A stretch of 64,000 nt of DNA, taken from assembly GCA_013265495.1 (NCBI GenBank), contig MU058844.1:8369260-8433259 (forward strand), written 5' to 3'. Every line of letters begins with the position of its first letter. Position 1 is the stretch's first letter. The position numbers were made by a program, and so were the translations under genes. The notes below the pieces were generated by a model. It had not been told where the DNA came from. It saw nothing but the letters and a program-made list of their open reading frames with translations, and did not search any database. Shown one piece after another: positions 63,231 through 64,000 of the stretch. The DNA is from Vicugna vicugna. Taxonomy: Eukaryota.

Positions 63231-63768
63231 CTTCACAGGCAGAGTGAGTCACTCCTTTCCCTATGCCTCCATTGTACCTTATATATGTGTCTACTGTTGT
63301 AAGTTCATGTTACAATTACTTTTCTTCTTTTTTCATGGGTTATGTCTTAATTATCTTTGTAGCTTCAGAGTTTACTGCTATTGGCACAAGGGAGATACTT
63401 CAGATTAAATATTTGCTGATAACTAAACACTTTTAGTCTCAAAGGTCTTGCTTTTGCTGGCCTGTTTTGGAGAAATATCTAAGGATTTTTTTGGAATTAT
63501 CCTTTATCAACTTTCACTAAGGTTCTAGTTCAGTGATTTTCAACTTTACCCATCCAACAGCACCCCCTTTCCATCAAATCACCAATTTTATTGTCTTTAT
63601 TTCATTTATAATAGCTTGAATAAACTTTTTCATTCATTTGAATAAATGCTGCAGACCATGAAGAAAACATGAAATTTTAAAGACAATTTTGGAAGTTTTC
63701 TGAAATTTGGTGAGATATCAAAGTTTGGGACAGAAGGTAAAGGTTGAAAATGACAAATGCTCGAAGAC

Positions 63769-64000
63769 AGTGATTTTCAGCTGGGGGTGATTTTGCCCCC
63801 TTCCCTGTCAGGGCATTTTTGACAATGTCTGGAGACTTTTAAAATATGATAAAATGTAATTTTTAAATGTAATTAAATGTAATCATTTTGATTGTTCACT
63901 AGGGTGCTACTGCTGACACCTAGTGGGTAGAGGCCAAGGATGCGGCTAACATCCTACAACGCACAGGACGGCCCCCACAACAATTACCTAAGTGCTAGTG
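63769..64000 (+). mobile_element. MER20 hAT element
   Basis: cagtgattttcagctgggggtgattttgcccc...aatgtctggagac...ctagtgggtagaggccaaggatgcggctaa. Confidence 0.85.

Noticed and set aside
61929..63408. Possible domesticated TIGD1-like gene
   Set aside because: The transposase is fragmented across frames with stops and truncated at both ends, as expected for an ordinary decayed Tigger1.

Overview
Mammalian nuclear DNA, most likely camelid (alpaca, llama or camel). The species call rests on two tRNA-Ala-derived Vic-1-type SINEs and the young L1 3' ends. The only protein-coding sequence I can support is the last three coding exons of METTL25 on the minus strand (58655-58729, 58031-58102, 56439-56531). 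All have GT-AG boundaries and splice in phase 0, giving LPEKTIMDYYEKYKPRMNELEAFNM|LKVVLAPCIETLILLDRLCYLKEQ|DDIAWSALVKLFDPVKSPRCYAIIALKKQQ*. Positions above 58729 are the upstream intron. Positions 1 to about 56,000 are downstream intergenic DNA, towards TMTC2 if human synteny as I recall it holds. That region is dense in repeats: L1, L2, MIR, MaLR/ERV solo LTRs, hAT MERs and Tigger1. Almost all ORFs in the supplied track are chance ORFs or repeat-derived. The items most worth checking are a young CpG-rich solo LTR with internal duplications (28256-28695), an unexplained 65-codon exon-like frame in the METTL25 intron (60479-60676), a twin-primed inverted L1, an L1 with a probable 3' transduction, a near-perfect CTCF site and several transcription-factor motif clusters. 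I found no convincing novel multi-gene system. Repeat family names are from recalled consensus sequences, and their boundaries are approximate unless target-site duplications (TSDs) are given.
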